From a virus (Duplodnaviria; Caudoviricetes): 54,966 nt of DNA. Every line of letters starts with the position of its first letter. Position 1 is the first letter of the stretch. The stretch is from IMG/VR virus record IMGVR_UViG_3300036782_000031, positions 1 to 54,966 of that record. The stretch is one strand, 5' to 3'. Under the pieces are notes generated by a model that saw only the letters and a program-made list of their open reading frames with translations, made no database searches and was not told the DNA's origin. The position numbers and the translations under genes were made by a program. Of the stretch, positions 26,038 through 36,400 are shown piece after piece.

Positions 26038-26505
26038 ATGGCAGGAATGGAGGCGCTCGGTCGCCTCGTCAACGTGATCCCGATCGCGTCGGGCAACGCA
26101 TTCAAGATGCGTGGCGGTTCCGGCGTCATGGTCGTGGTCACGGGCAGCACCGCTGTCATCACGGTCACTCAGTCCAGCTCGTTCGCGGGCACGTACACCA
26201 ACCTGGCGTGCATCAAGAACGTCTACTGGACCACGGCGACCAACGGCACCGCTGCCTGGAACAAGCTGGCCTACGTCAGCGGCGTCGCGCCGTTCTCGTC
26301 TGGTCCGATCGCCACCTACACGCACGGCACCACGACCGGCCTGACGACCGCGACGTGCTCCGTGTTCCACATCTTCACCTCGGAGATGTCGGACCCCAAC
26401 GACTACATCACTTGCACCGCGACGGGCTCCGGCCTGTGCTCGGTGGTCCCGTACGACCTGGTCCACGCTCGTGGCCCGGCCAACCTGGAGATCCTGGGAG
26501 CCTGA
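26038..26505 (+). CDS. Virion protein (head decoration-like)
   Basis: Directly after the capsid gene; Thr/Ser beta-rich. Confidence 0.7.
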   Translation: MAGMEALGRLVNVIPIASGNAFKMRGGSGVMVVVTGSTAVITVTQSSSFAGTYTNLACIKNVYWTTATNGTAAWNKLAYVSGVAPFSSGPIATYTHGTTTGLTTATCSVFHIFTSEMSDPNDYITCTATGSGLCSVVPYDLVHARGPANLEILGA

Positions 26506-26988
26506 GTGTCCTCGACCGTTAGGGGTTACACCCTACGCGCCGTTGACACGAGCCACGGCAGGGCGGATCCCGGCAAGTGCAACGTCAGCGTGGGGAAGAC
26601 CAATCCCCAAACCAACACCATCAGTCTCTTCACCGTCACCGGCTCGATCCTGTGTGATCTGGTGGGCGTTGTGTCGACCGTGTTCGGCGCGGTCGCGCAG
26701 CACCTCACGATCGGGGTCACCGGCAGCCCGGCCGCCATCGCAGCGGCGCCAGCAGTGGCGCTCAACGCAACGGCGGTCGGCGCGGTGGTTAACACTCCGT
26801 CTGCTCTCGGGGGTGCCCTGCCTGCTCCGATCACTGCGACCGCTGCGGCTGGCTCCCTGATGCTGCTGGAAGTGTCCAACACGATCATCACCGTGTCGTC
26901 CGACGCCTCAACAACCGGGGCGATCACCTGGATCCTTGACTGGGTCCCGCTGTCACCGCAAGGTGGCGCGTCGGTCACGACCAACTAG
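26506..26988 (+). CDS. Virion protein, paralog of the next gene
   Basis: LFTVTG..VG.V.TV..; TTGAITW. Confidence 0.7.
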   Translation: MSSTVRGYTLRAVDTSHGRADPGKCNVSVGKTNPQTNTISLFTVTGSILCDLVGVVSTVFGAVAQHLTIGVTGSPAAIAAAPAVALNATAVGAVVNTPSALGGALPAPITATAAAGSLMLLEVSNTIITVSSDASTTGAITWILDWVPLSPQGGASVTTN

Positions 26989-26997
26989 GAGGTCATC

Positions 26998-27483
26998 GTG
27001 TCTGTGTTTCCGACTGGTACCCAGCTCCGAGAGGCCACGTATGGCTTGCTCGCTTCTGGCGCTGCCAAGACGATCCCAGCCACAACCTCCCAGAACCTGT
27101 TCACCGTGAGTGGTGGCCGTATCCTGCTGACCTCGTTCGTGGGTCAGGTTACGACCGTGATTGGCGCTACGGCCACCACGCTATCGGTAGGGGTAACGCC
27201 CAGCGGCGGAACGCTTCAAGCGGCTGCGATCGCTACGGCCACGGCCATCAACGGATCAGCCGTCGGGACGCTAGTCTCGGTGGCCATGCCTGTGGCGGCT
27301 CTCGTGGTCGGAGCGAGCGCGGGCCTCGTCGCTATCGGCGGTGCCTCTATCGATGACCAGACTGCCCTGCTTGTAGGACCGGGAGCCATCAACATCAGCA
27401 CAAGCGCCACCACAACGGGCGCGATGAGCTGGGCGATGAGCTACCTGCCCTATGACTCGGCCGCCACCGTCACGGCGCTCTAG
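26998..27483 (+). CDS. Virion protein, paralog of the previous gene
   Basis: LFTVSG..VG.V.TV..; TTGAMSW; AGGAGG RBS. Confidence 0.7.
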   Translation: MSVFPTGTQLREATYGLLASGAAKTIPATTSQNLFTVSGGRILLTSFVGQVTTVIGATATTLSVGVTPSGGTLQAAAIATATAINGSAVGTLVSVAMPVAALVVGASAGLVAIGGASIDDQTALLVGPGAINISTSATTTGAMSWAMSYLPYDSAATVTAL

Positions 27484-27491
27484 GAGGCATC

Positions 27492-27680
27492 GTGTACTGG
27501 AACTGTCCCAACTGCGGAACCGGCAACATCCTTCAGGACGTCCAGTGGTGTCCTGGCTGCAAGCTCCCCAAGGACAACCCGAACGAAGAGGCTGACCAGG
27601 AAGCTGGCCTGCCAAAGCAAGGCGAGGTCGATGAGCTGGCGGCCGAGCCGAAGGAGGACAAGAATGCCAAAGGCTCATAG
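27492..27680 (+). CDS. Small zinc-ribbon protein
   Basis: WNCPNCG..WCPGC; AGGAGG RBS. Confidence 0.65.
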   Translation: MYWNCPNCGTGNILQDVQWCPGCKLPKDNPNEEADQEAGLPKQGEVDELAAEPKEDKNAKGS

Positions 27681-28134
27681 CTGGGGCTACAGCAACGCAA
27701 CGGCTCCCGAAGGTGAGCAGGAGGTCCACTACTTCCCGCCACCCATCGAGGACCTCAGCGGCGAGATCAGCAAGGCTGAGGAGAAGCAGCTGGAGCGCGC
27801 CGTGGCCGCCGACGAGAAGGACGCGAAGGAGGAAGAGTCATCAGCTGGTACGAGCTCCTCGACATCAGGAAAGACGCCCGCCAAGAGTGGGAGTTCTACA
27901 ACAACCGGCCGCCAGTCGCGTGCCCAAGGTGCGGGGAACCCCTCCGAACCGGGCCAACCAGCCAAGCAAGTATTAGCTTCTGCACCTTCGACGGCTGGCA
28001 GTACCCGAAGGACTGGATCCGACCGACAGAGCCCATCGGACTCTTCGGCGGAGTCAGCTCCGCAGACGGAAGCTACGGCGGGCCAGGGATATAGCGAGGA
28101 GTCACCGCAAGGTGGCGGCTTCCTGATCCCCTAA
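27664..28134 (+). CDS. Low-complexity hypothetical protein
   Basis: MPKAHSWGYSN.., Ser/Thr-rich; AAGGAGG upstream. Confidence 0.55.
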   Translation: MPKAHSWGYSNATAPEGEQEVHYFPPPIEDLSGEISKAEEKQLERAVAADEKDAKEEESSAGTSSSTSGKTPAKSGSSTTTGRQSRAQGAGNPSEPGQPAKQVLASAPSTAGSTRRTGSDRQSPSDSSAESAPQTEATAGQGYSEESPQGGGFLIP

Positions 28135-28189
28135 CTGAATATCGCCTATCCCACACTTCGGTGTTCTCGGCAAGAAAGCAAGGCACAGG

Positions 28190-29275
28190 ATGGCATCGAT
28201 CTATCGACCGTGCTACTGCACGCGTGAAGAAGTCATGCGCGCTCTCGACATACGGCAGGCAGCATACAGCCGTGAGCGGATAGATCGTGCCGTCCTGTCC
28301 GGGGCCGAAGCTGTTGACAGTCTGACCCAGCGCAAGTTCTTCTACGAGACCACGACCCACAGCTTTGACTGGCCCAACTATCAGTACGCCTACCCGTGGC
28401 GCATCTGGCTGGACAACAAGGAGATGGCGGGCACTCCGTCCCTCTTCGTGACCGGCTCTCTGCTTCCGATCCCGGTGGTGATCCCGGTCGGCTCGTACAT
28501 CATGCAACCGATCAACTCCGGTCCGCCCTGGACCTACATCGAGCTACGGCGCGACACCAACAGCGCATTCGGCTACAACGAGACTCCGCAGCTGGACATC
28601 GCGATCACTGGACCCTTCGGCTACTGGCAGCGCGTCCGCCCGGCCGGTTCCCTCGCGGCCACCGTGAGCAGCACGAGCGCCACGACGGTCACGGTGAGCG
28701 ATGGCGTCAGCGTCGGCGTCGGCGACACGATGAACATCGACTCCGAGCGCATGATCGTGACCGGCAGTCACTACATTGACACGACGATCTCGTTCGCCGG
28801 GCTGAGCACGGCCCAGGCCAACGACAACATCGTCAACGTGGCGGATGGTACGCAGTTCGCTGAGGACGAGACGATCCAGGTCGACAGCGAGTGGCTGCTG
28901 ATCCAGAGCATCCAGGGGAACAACCTGATCGTCAAGCGCGGCTGGGATGCGAGCGTGCTGTCCTCTCACACGGGCGGGACCATCTGGGCGCGGCGCTCCC
29001 TCAGCGTTCTCCGTGGCGCGCTCGGCTCAGTAGCGGCCACGCACACGAGCGGCGCGGCGATCTCGGTAGACGAGACGCCGGGACTCATACGCCAGCTGGC
29101 CATCGCGGAAGCGGTCGTCTGGCTGTCGCAGGAGCCGGGAGCCTACGGCGGAGCTTCCGCGCCAATGCAGCCGAGCGCTCAAGGCGAACCTGCGCCCGGC
29201 GCTGGGCTCCCGGACCTGCGTAACCGTGTTGCCAACTCCCACTACTCCCGCAAGGCAAGGACACGAGTCATATGA
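28190..29275 (+). CDS. Head-to-tail adaptor with inserted beta domains
   Basis: YCTREEV..ID..A...VD..T.RKF N-terminus; ITGPFGY; PGLIRQLAI. Confidence 0.7.
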   Translation: MASIYRPCYCTREEVMRALDIRQAAYSRERIDRAVLSGAEAVDSLTQRKFFYETTTHSFDWPNYQYAYPWRIWLDNKEMAGTPSLFVTGSLLPIPVVIPVGSYIMQPINSGPPWTYIELRRDTNSAFGYNETPQLDIAITGPFGYWQRVRPAGSLAATVSSTSATTVTVSDGVSVGVGDTMNIDSERMIVTGSHYIDTTISFAGLSTAQANDNIVNVADGTQFAEDETIQVDSEWLLIQSIQGNNLIVKRGWDASVLSSHTGGTIWARRSLSVLRGALGSVAATHTSGAAISVDETPGLIRQLAIAEAVVWLSQEPGAYGGASAPMQPSAQGEPAPGAGLPDLRNRVANSHYSRKARTRVI

Positions 29276-29652
29276 GCACTGAGCAGGACGTCCTGATCGA
29301 GCTGCAGAAGGTGCGGGCCGAGGTAGCGGCGCTCCGCGTCCAGCACGCCCGTCAGCTTCACCCCATGCCGCACGGCTGGCTGAAGCACATCATCAAGGAT
29401 CTCGAGACCAACCCACACACCCAGTACAAGGTGCACCTCTACGGCTCCGTGTACTGGCTCATCAACTTTCCTCTCGTGTGTGCCCTGTTCTTCGGGCTGC
29501 CGACGCTGTGGCTGAAGCTGGGTATCTTCATCACGCTGATCTACAGCATCTACGCCAACTTCGCTACCGACTACGGCGGCATGAGCGCGGCCATGGCCAG
29601 CTACGGCGGCACGGGCCTGCCGGAGCTACCGGTCGAGAGCCACCCGCAATGA
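29272..29652 (+). CDS. Membrane protein
   Basis: Two TMs; YSIYANFAT. Confidence 0.7.
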   Translation: MSTEQDVLIELQKVRAEVAALRVQHARQLHPMPHGWLKHIIKDLETNPHTQYKVHLYGSVYWLINFPLVCALFFGLPTLWLKLGIFITLIYSIYANFATDYGGMSAAMASYGGTGLPELPVESHPQ

Positions 29653-30098
29653 GCGACGTCACGGTCAGCACAAGCGGCGCGCTCTTCAACGGCGACGCCG
29701 AGCGCAGCCTGGACAACGGCGAGGTCGCGGTCCGACGCCGCATAGCGGCCGAAGGCGAAGGGCTGATCCGCGCCAACTTCATGGCCACCATCAAGCACGA
29801 CACTGGCGGTAAGTTCCTGCGGTCCATCAAGACCATCGAGGACAGCAAGGTCTTCACCACCTTCAGCAACGACAAGTCATACACGATGGCTGTCGTCGAG
29901 GATCGCTCCACAGAGACCACGGTCACGAGCGACCTCGCCACCTACGGGCCGTGGCTAGAAGGGACGGGCTCCAGGAACAGCAGCACAAGGTTCTCAGGAT
30001 ACCAGGGATTCAGGCGGGCCACGCAGGCACTCAACCTGCAGGCCAGCGCTCTGGGAGAAGAGGCAATGATGCCATTCGTAGAAGAGATGAACAGGTAG
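29649..30098 (+). CDS. Neck protein (HK97 gp10-like)
   Basis: YGPWLEGTGSRN..TRF.GY..FRRA. Confidence 0.65.
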   Translation: MSDVTVSTSGALFNGDAERSLDNGEVAVRRRIAAEGEGLIRANFMATIKHDTGGKFLRSIKTIEDSKVFTTFSNDKSYTMAVVEDRSTETTVTSDLATYGPWLEGTGSRNSSTRFSGYQGFRRATQALNLQASALGEEAMMPFVEEMNR

Positions 30099-30111
30099 AG
30101 CGGAGAGCGGA

Positions 30112-30375
30112 ATGGACTGTCTACAATGCACGAGCGAGAGCGTACTGCACGAGAACAAGATCAAGAGCGGGCAGATCGTGGACGGGACCGAGGGACCTCC
30201 AGTGAACGAGGCAGTGACGATGGCCCCGGCCTGGCAGCAGCAGAACATCGGCGGCCAGATGATCATGGCGTGCGTCACGGTCCCAGCCTGTCGGATGCAT
30301 ATTCAGGTGGCCGAGATGTCGCCAGTGGAGCAGGCCGTGCGGAACGGCCGGATCCTGCCGGGAGGTCGGGGATGA
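30112..30375 (+). CDS. Hypothetical protein (Cys motifs)
   Basis: MDCLQC..PACRMH. Confidence 0.65.
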   Translation: MDCLQCTSESVLHENKIKSGQIVDGTEGPPVNEAVTMAPAWQQQNIGGQMIMACVTVPACRMHIQVAEMSPVEQAVRNGRILPGGRG

Positions 30376-30578
30376 TCAGCCAGCCGCGCCGCACCGAGCG
30401 GAAGAAGTTCCTGGACGCCAGCGTCATCCCGGTGGAGCAAGCGCTCCTGACGCGGGCGGGAGCGCTGCGTGCCCGGGCCGAGCTACACCCGCCGCAGGAT
30501 CCCGAGGTTGAGATCCAGGCCGAAGAGATGATCGCCAGGGAATTCGAGACGCTCGCTGAGGAGCTGCATTTCTGGTGA
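30372..30578 (+). CDS. Hypothetical protein
   Basis: MISQPRRTERKK..; ATGA and GTGA coupling. Confidence 0.6.
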   Translation: MISQPRRTERKKFLDASVIPVEQALLTRAGALRARAELHPPQDPEVEIQAEEMIAREFETLAEELHFW

Positions 30579-31048
30579 GCAACTTCAACGACGCCGCTGT
30601 GAATGACGTACTGGACCGGGTCGTCAGCTTCGCCATGGGGCTGGGCCGGTTCGACCAGGTGAATGCGCACGAGCCGAAGAGCTCACCCGGAACAGGAATG
30701 CACTGCGCCGTGTGGATGCAATCGGTTCAGCCGACGCGCTCCTCTGGGCTCGCCATTACCAGCGGCGTCGTTGTGCTCAACGCTCGCATCTACACCGACT
30801 TCAAGAGCCAGCCGTATGACGCCATTGATCCTCAGGTGACGTCAGCCGTCTGCGATGTGATCGGTGCCCTCTCCGGTGACTTTGAGCTAGGCGGAGCGGA
30901 CGATGTGCGAGCCGTTGATCTTCTCGGGATGGCTGGTTCTCCCCTTGGTGCCGTGGCAGGCTACATAGAACTGGACCGGACGATGTTCCGGGTCATGACG
31001 ATCACCATCCCGATAATCATCAACGACATGTTCGAGCAGGTGGCATAA
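30575..31048 (+). CDS. Tail terminator-like protein
   Basis: Position; FDQVNAHEPKSSP, DFELGG..VRAVDLLG, FRVMTITIP. Confidence 0.65.
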   Translation: MSNFNDAAVNDVLDRVVSFAMGLGRFDQVNAHEPKSSPGTGMHCAVWMQSVQPTRSSGLAITSGVVVLNARIYTDFKSQPYDAIDPQVTSAVCDVIGALSGDFELGGADDVRAVDLLGMAGSPLGAVAGYIELDRTMFRVMTITIPIIINDMFEQVA

Positions 31049-31800
31049 TGGCAAAGTCAAGTGGACTCGGAGACAACTTCTACGTTGGCGGCTATGACCT
31101 CTCCGGTGACGTCGCGAGCGTCGACACGCTCAGTGGGCCTACTGCCCTGCTCGACGTCACCCCGGTCAGCAAGTCGGCCAACCAGCGAATCAACGGACTG
31201 CGCGATGGCGACATGCAGTTCACGTCGTACTTCGAATATGGCGGGACAGGCAACCCGATCTTCGAGCACGACGCGCTGTCCAGGCTGCCGCTGACGGACC
31301 AGGTGGGGACCTACTTCCGCGGAACGACGATACTGAACCAGGCCGCGTGCATCAACGGCAAGCAGATCAACTACGACCCGACCCGCGACAACACGGGCAA
31401 CCTGACACTCAAGGTGGAAATACAGGCCAACTCGTTTGGTCTCGAGTGGGGCAAGATGCTCACGGCCGGGCTGCGCACGGATGGCTCGGCCACCACCGGC
31501 ACGTTCGTCCAGGACAACACGACGAGCGCAACAACGTTCGGAGCGCAGGCGTACCTCCAGCTCGTGGCGTTCACCGGTACCTCCGTGGACGTGACCATCG
31601 CGCACTGCGCTACATCCGGTGGCACGTACACGACGCTGATCGACTTCGCAGCGCTCACAGCCGTCGGCTCGAAGCGGGTGGCGGTCAGCAACACCACAAC
31701 CGTCCAGCCCTACCTCAAGGTGAACACGGCCGGCACCTTCACCAACGCCGTGTTCGCCGTCATGTTCAACCGCAACCCGATCGCTGGGGTGAGCTTCTGA
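31048..31800 (+). CDS. Tail tube-like protein 1 (with C-terminal extra domain)
   Basis: MAKSSGLG..DLSGDV..DVT..K.A..RI.GLRD. Confidence 0.6.
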   Translation: MAKSSGLGDNFYVGGYDLSGDVASVDTLSGPTALLDVTPVSKSANQRINGLRDGDMQFTSYFEYGGTGNPIFEHDALSRLPLTDQVGTYFRGTTILNQAACINGKQINYDPTRDNTGNLTLKVEIQANSFGLEWGKMLTAGLRTDGSATTGTFVQDNTTSATTFGAQAYLQLVAFTGTSVDVTIAHCATSGGTYTTLIDFAALTAVGSKRVAVSNTTTVQPYLKVNTAGTFTNAVFAVMFNRNPIAGVSF

Positions 31801-32285
31801 TGCCAGGCATGATCCAGGTTCCGTACGGACACGGCCGCATCAGCCGGATGGCACCGGCCATGCCGCCAGCCAGCTACAAGACATATGCCTGGAGCGCTCC
31901 GCTCCGGACGCACTTCCGGAAGGGCACCTGCGAGGAGGCGGGCTGCGAAGCCTACCTCTACGGCTGGGTGTCTACGTTCGACCTCAGCACCGAGCTGGGG
32001 CTGAAGCAGTACGAGTTCTGCAAGGCCGACAAGGAACGCGGCTTCAGCATCCAGCGCACGAGCCTGACGATCGTCAAGTTCGTCTACAAGCCGGGCAACC
32101 GGTGCTTCCGAAGCGAGGAGCATCGGGTGCCTGTGGGGAAGCCTCCTCGCTTCCTCGTGGTTGGCGGTGACTGGCGGGGCAACCCGCGCGGCACCCCGAC
32201 CCAAGTCCATCGGAGCGCCGAAGACTGGATCGACGACTTCGCCAACCACCAGGACAACCTGAAGACAGCGATCGAGAGAGGCTAG
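31800..32285 (+). CDS. Hypothetical protein
   Basis: TCEEAGC..GW; GQ/GN.CF..H; GGDWRGNP. Confidence 0.7.
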   Translation: MPGMIQVPYGHGRISRMAPAMPPASYKTYAWSAPLRTHFRKGTCEEAGCEAYLYGWVSTFDLSTELGLKQYEFCKADKERGFSIQRTSLTIVKFVYKPGNRCFRSEEHRVPVGKPPRFLVVGGDWRGNPRGTPTQVHRSAEDWIDDFANHQDNLKTAIERG

Positions 32286-32286
32286 C

Positions 32287-32715
32287 ATGGCAAAGACCAG
32301 TGGTCTCGGTGGCGCCATCCTTGTGCAGGATGCAGCGGCTTCCGTGCAGACCATCACGAACGACGTCACCAACTACCAGTTCACCACCCCGCGCGCCGTT
32401 CAGGACGTGACCGGTGTGGACAAGTTCGCCAACGAGCGCATCCTGCTCCTGGCCGACTACAGCGTCACGCTGAACGGCGTCTTCAACGCGGCTGCCAACC
32501 TGAGCCACGCGGTCTTCAGCACGGTGACGTCCACCAACGTCATCCGGTCCTGCGAGATCGACCCGGTCGGCACCACAACCGGGCTGCCCCAGCTCAAGGT
32601 GAACAGCTGGTTCACGGACTACCAGATCACGCGCGCCAACACCGGTGAGCTGACCTGGCAGGTTCCGGGGCAGCTGGCGGACGGCACCGTCCCGACCTGG
32701 GGCACGCACTCCTAA
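32287..32715 (+). CDS. Major tail tube protein candidate
   Basis: MAKTSGLG..NDVT..DVTGVDK.A.ERI.LLAD; directly before the chaperone. Confidence 0.65.
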   Translation: MAKTSGLGGAILVQDAAASVQTITNDVTNYQFTTPRAVQDVTGVDKFANERILLLADYSVTLNGVFNAAANLSHAVFSTVTSTNVIRSCEIDPVGTTTGLPQLKVNSWFTDYQITRANTGELTWQVPGQLADGTVPTWGTHS

Positions 32716-32742
32716 GTTCGACCGCAATCGGAAGGAGCGGAC

Positions 32743-33267
32743 ATGGGCAAGAAGAAGGGGTTCAGGCGGAAGCCGAAAGGCTACCGGCTCCACTTCGAGG
32801 GTGAGGAGTACGAAGGGCTTGAGGTCAGCGCGAGCAGCCTCAGCCTGGAGAAGTTCCTCCAGATCTCTGGTCTCGCAGCCAAGGTAGGCGCACCCGGTGG
32901 TGTCGTCTCCGAGGAGGAGGCCAAGGAGATGTTCCGCACCTTCGCGGGATCCCTCATTGAGTGGAACCTGGAAGAGGAAGACGGCACCGCGATCCCTGCC
33001 AAGTATGCCATCTGTCGGCTGAGTGGTGAGCCAGGCGAACCGGGTACCAGATGCTCGGCGCATGACAATGACCAGGCAACGGAAGAACCGTGCAGCTATA
33101 CAGGCGTGGTCGATCAGGAACTCGGATTCATCCTGACGATGGTCATGGCATGGATGAGCGCCATCTCGGATGTGGCTCCCCCTTTGCCGCCAGGCTCGAG
33201 CGATACCGAGACTTCCCCGGCGCCACCCGTCCCGATGGAAGTGTTGTCGCCGAGCCTTACGAACTAG
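32743..33267 (+). CDS. Tail assembly chaperone (G)
   Basis: LIEWNLEEEDG; before the tape measure; has a slippery site. Confidence 0.75.
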   Translation: MGKKKGFRRKPKGYRLHFEGEEYEGLEVSASSLSLEKFLQISGLAAKVGAPGGVVSEEEAKEMFRTFAGSLIEWNLEEEDGTAIPAKYAICRLSGEPGEPGTRCSAHDNDQATEEPCSYTGVVDQELGFILTMVMAWMSAISDVAPPLPPGSSDTETSPAPPVPMEVLSPSLTN

Positions 33268-33416
33268 CCGAAGTCAAAACCATCCTGGCCATATGTGATC
33301 GATTCAAGTGTCTGCCAAGCCAGGCACTGCAGGAAGACGTCAGCATCATCCGGATTCTCAAGATCGAGGGTCTGGGTGTCGACAAGGAGAATGGGCCGGG
33401 AGGTGATCTGCTGTGA
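33180..33416 (+). CDS. -1 frameshift extension of the tail assembly chaperone (GT)
   Basis: In-frame C CCT TTG heptamer at 33180-33186; the -1 frame is open to 33416 (..ICDRFKCLPSQ..ED). Confidence 0.75.
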   Translation, partial: PFAARLERYRDFPGATRPDGSVVAEPYELAEVKTILAICDRFKCLPSQALQEDVSIIRILKIEGLGVDKENGPGGDLL

Positions 33417-36400
33417 ACCTGGTTGACGTTACCATCCGGACCACAGCGGACTCCTCCGGGCTCGGCAAGGCCAAGACCGATGCGGCCGCAGCTGGGGCCG
33501 CTGCCGGTAAGGCTTACGCTAACGCCTTCAACAAGGCAAGCAAGGTGTCGGCCGGTGGCGTCAAGGGCGGCTCGTCCTCGGCGTCGTCGGCCGCGCCCGG
33601 CATCGCTGGCACAGACAACACCCTGCTGAAGAAGCTCGAGAGCCAGGCCAGCCAGCCGGGTGGCATCGGCATCATCGGCACGGGCACGGACAGCACGCTC
33701 CGGAACATGCTGCGGAACGTTCTGTCCAAGGGCACTGCTGGTATCCTGGGCGGAGCGAGCACCGGGACCACGACAGCCGGAACGAACAACGGCAAGACCA
33801 CACTGGGCACGATGCTCGGCAGCGCGCTTGGCTTCTCGGGCGACAGCGCCGGAGCCAAGGCGGCCGGGTCCTCCGACGGCAAGAGCTACGCGGCTGGCTT
33901 CAAGGCCAGCATGGTGACGGCTGTCGGTGGGGTCCTCGGCGGGATCTTCGGCGGCAGCAACAGCGACCAGGACGACGCGAAGAAGGCCGGCACCGACACT
34001 GGCAAGTCGTTCGCATCTGGTGTACTGTCTGCACTCGCGTCCAGCGGGATCGCCAAGACAGTAGCCGACTTGCTCGGGATGGGCGGAGGCGGCAACGACG
34101 GTACGAAGCAGGGCAAGACGTTCGCCCAGAACCTGGCCGACGGCATGGGGCCAGGCATCCTCGGGCTGGACGCGAAGACGACGTCGATCATCGGCGCGAT
34201 TGGTACCGCGCTTGCGACCCTACCGGGCATAGCCGGGATAGCGGGCGTCGGCATAGGCGTTGCGCTGATCGGCGAGATGATCGCCCAGGTCGTCAAGAAC
34301 AGCCCCAAGCTCACGGCGCAGTTCACCGGCATTGAGAACGACGCCAAGAAGATGCTCACCACCATCGGTGAGCCGATCATCCCGGCGCTGAGCAAGGTAC
34401 TGGATCAGGTACCCGGTCTCCTGAAGCAGATCACCCCGGCGCTGTCCGGCGTCATGAAGTCCGTCGCGCCACAGCTGGCCGGGATCTTCCAGGGCCTGAT
34501 CCCGATCATCAAGGATCTGGTCGGCGTCATGCAGGCAGCCGCGCCTGCGTTCGGCCCGGCGATCGAAGCGCTGGAGAAACTGGCGGCCGGGATCCTGCCC
34601 GGTCTCGAGGCGATCATCAAGGCGATGGTCCCGGAGATGGGCCAGTTCACTAAACTCTTCTCCACGGCCGGGGCCGCCATCGGCGGGATCTTCACGGCCG
34701 CAGCGCCAGCCGTCGGCGCAAGCATGAAGGTCATCACCGCGCTGCTGTCCGTGGTTGGTGCGCTGCTCCCGATCCTGATGAAGGTCGGCGGCGTGTTCGC
34801 CAACGCGCTCGCCCCGGCTATCGCGGCTGCTGCGTCCGTGCTGAAGGACATGGCCCCGTTCCTCATCATCATCGGCAACGTCCTGGCGGGCCTGGCCTCG
34901 GCCATCCTGGGCGACCTCGTCGGCGCGTTCGACGCTCTGGTCACGCTGCTGAAGGGCATCACGCCTTCCCTGAACTTGTTCGCCAACCTGCTAGACCAGG
35001 TCTTCCACATCCTCGAGAACAAGGGTGTGTTCGCGGTCCTGGGTGACGCGCTGGAGAACACGGTCAAGCCGCTGGCTGCTGTCGTCAACGAGCTAGTCAC
35101 CGGGCTGGCCCCGATCCTCCCGACGATCGTCCAGCTCCTCAGCACCTTGCTCGTGACGGCCATCCAGCAGGTGTCGAGTGTCTTCCTGGTCCTGATCGGT
35201 GCGCTCGTCCCGCTCATCCCGGCCATCACCGAGATCATCACCTGGGTCGTCAAGCTGATAAGCGGCGCGCTACAGCCGCTGATCCCAGCCATCACCGCCG
35301 TGATGATCATCTGGAAAGCACTGACGATCGCGCTCGAGATCAACCCGTGGGCGGCTGCTATCGCTGCAGTCATTCTCGTGGCCGCCATCATCGTCAAGTA
35401 CCACACCCAGATCTGGAACTTTATCCAGCAGATCTGGAATGACATTGTCAACTTCATCAAGCAGGTGTGGAACGACATCCTCACCTTCGCCGAACAATGG
35501 TGGCCCCTGCTGCTCGGCGTCGGCGGTGTGATCTATAAGTACCACGAACAGATATGGTCGTTCATCCAGTCCATCTGGAACGACATACTCAACTTCTTCA
35601 AGTCGATCTGGAACAGTATATCGTCCTTCGTGTCCAGCGCGGTGGCCGGTATCGTGACCGACCTGAGCAACGCCTGGAACAGCATCAAGAATACGGCGGA
35701 GTCGATATGGAACGCCGTCGCCACATTCTTCACGACGTTCTGGAACAACCTGATATCGGGCTGGCGCTCTGACATCAGCACCATTGAGTCCATCCTGTCG
35801 GCCGCCTGGACCTCGGTCAAGAACACGGTCACCTCCGTGTGGGACTCCATCGTCAGCTTCTTCGCCGGCATCCCGGGCAAGATAGAGGCGTCGCTGAAGT
35901 CGCTCGGCTCGGGCCTGGAAGGCATCGCCAAGAGCGCGCTGACGGACTTCTGGAACGGCGCCAAGTCCATCGCCTCTGATGTGACGTCCTGGTTCTCTGG
36001 CTTCGCGTCCGGCGTCATCGGTGTCGTCAAGAAGATCCTCGGTGTGCTCAGCCCGTCGACTGTCTTCTACGACATCGGCAAGAACCTGATGATTGGTCTG
36101 AAGAACGGCATCGTCGACCACCTCAAGACTGCCGTAGACGCGACGACGAAGGCAGCCACCGGCGTGGCAGGCGCAGCCGGTACGGCAGGCGGCTCCATTG
36201 AGTCGATGATGAAGTCGATGGCAGCGGCCAAGGGCTGGACCGGCGCTGAGTGGAATGCGCTGTATGCCGTGGAGGAGCGCGAGGCTGGCTTCAGCATGAC
36301 AGCCCAGAACCCAACCAGCAACGCCTACGGTCTGGCCCAGTTCATCAATGGTCCGTCTGAGTATGCGCAGTATGGCGGTGACGTCAACACGGCGGCCGGG

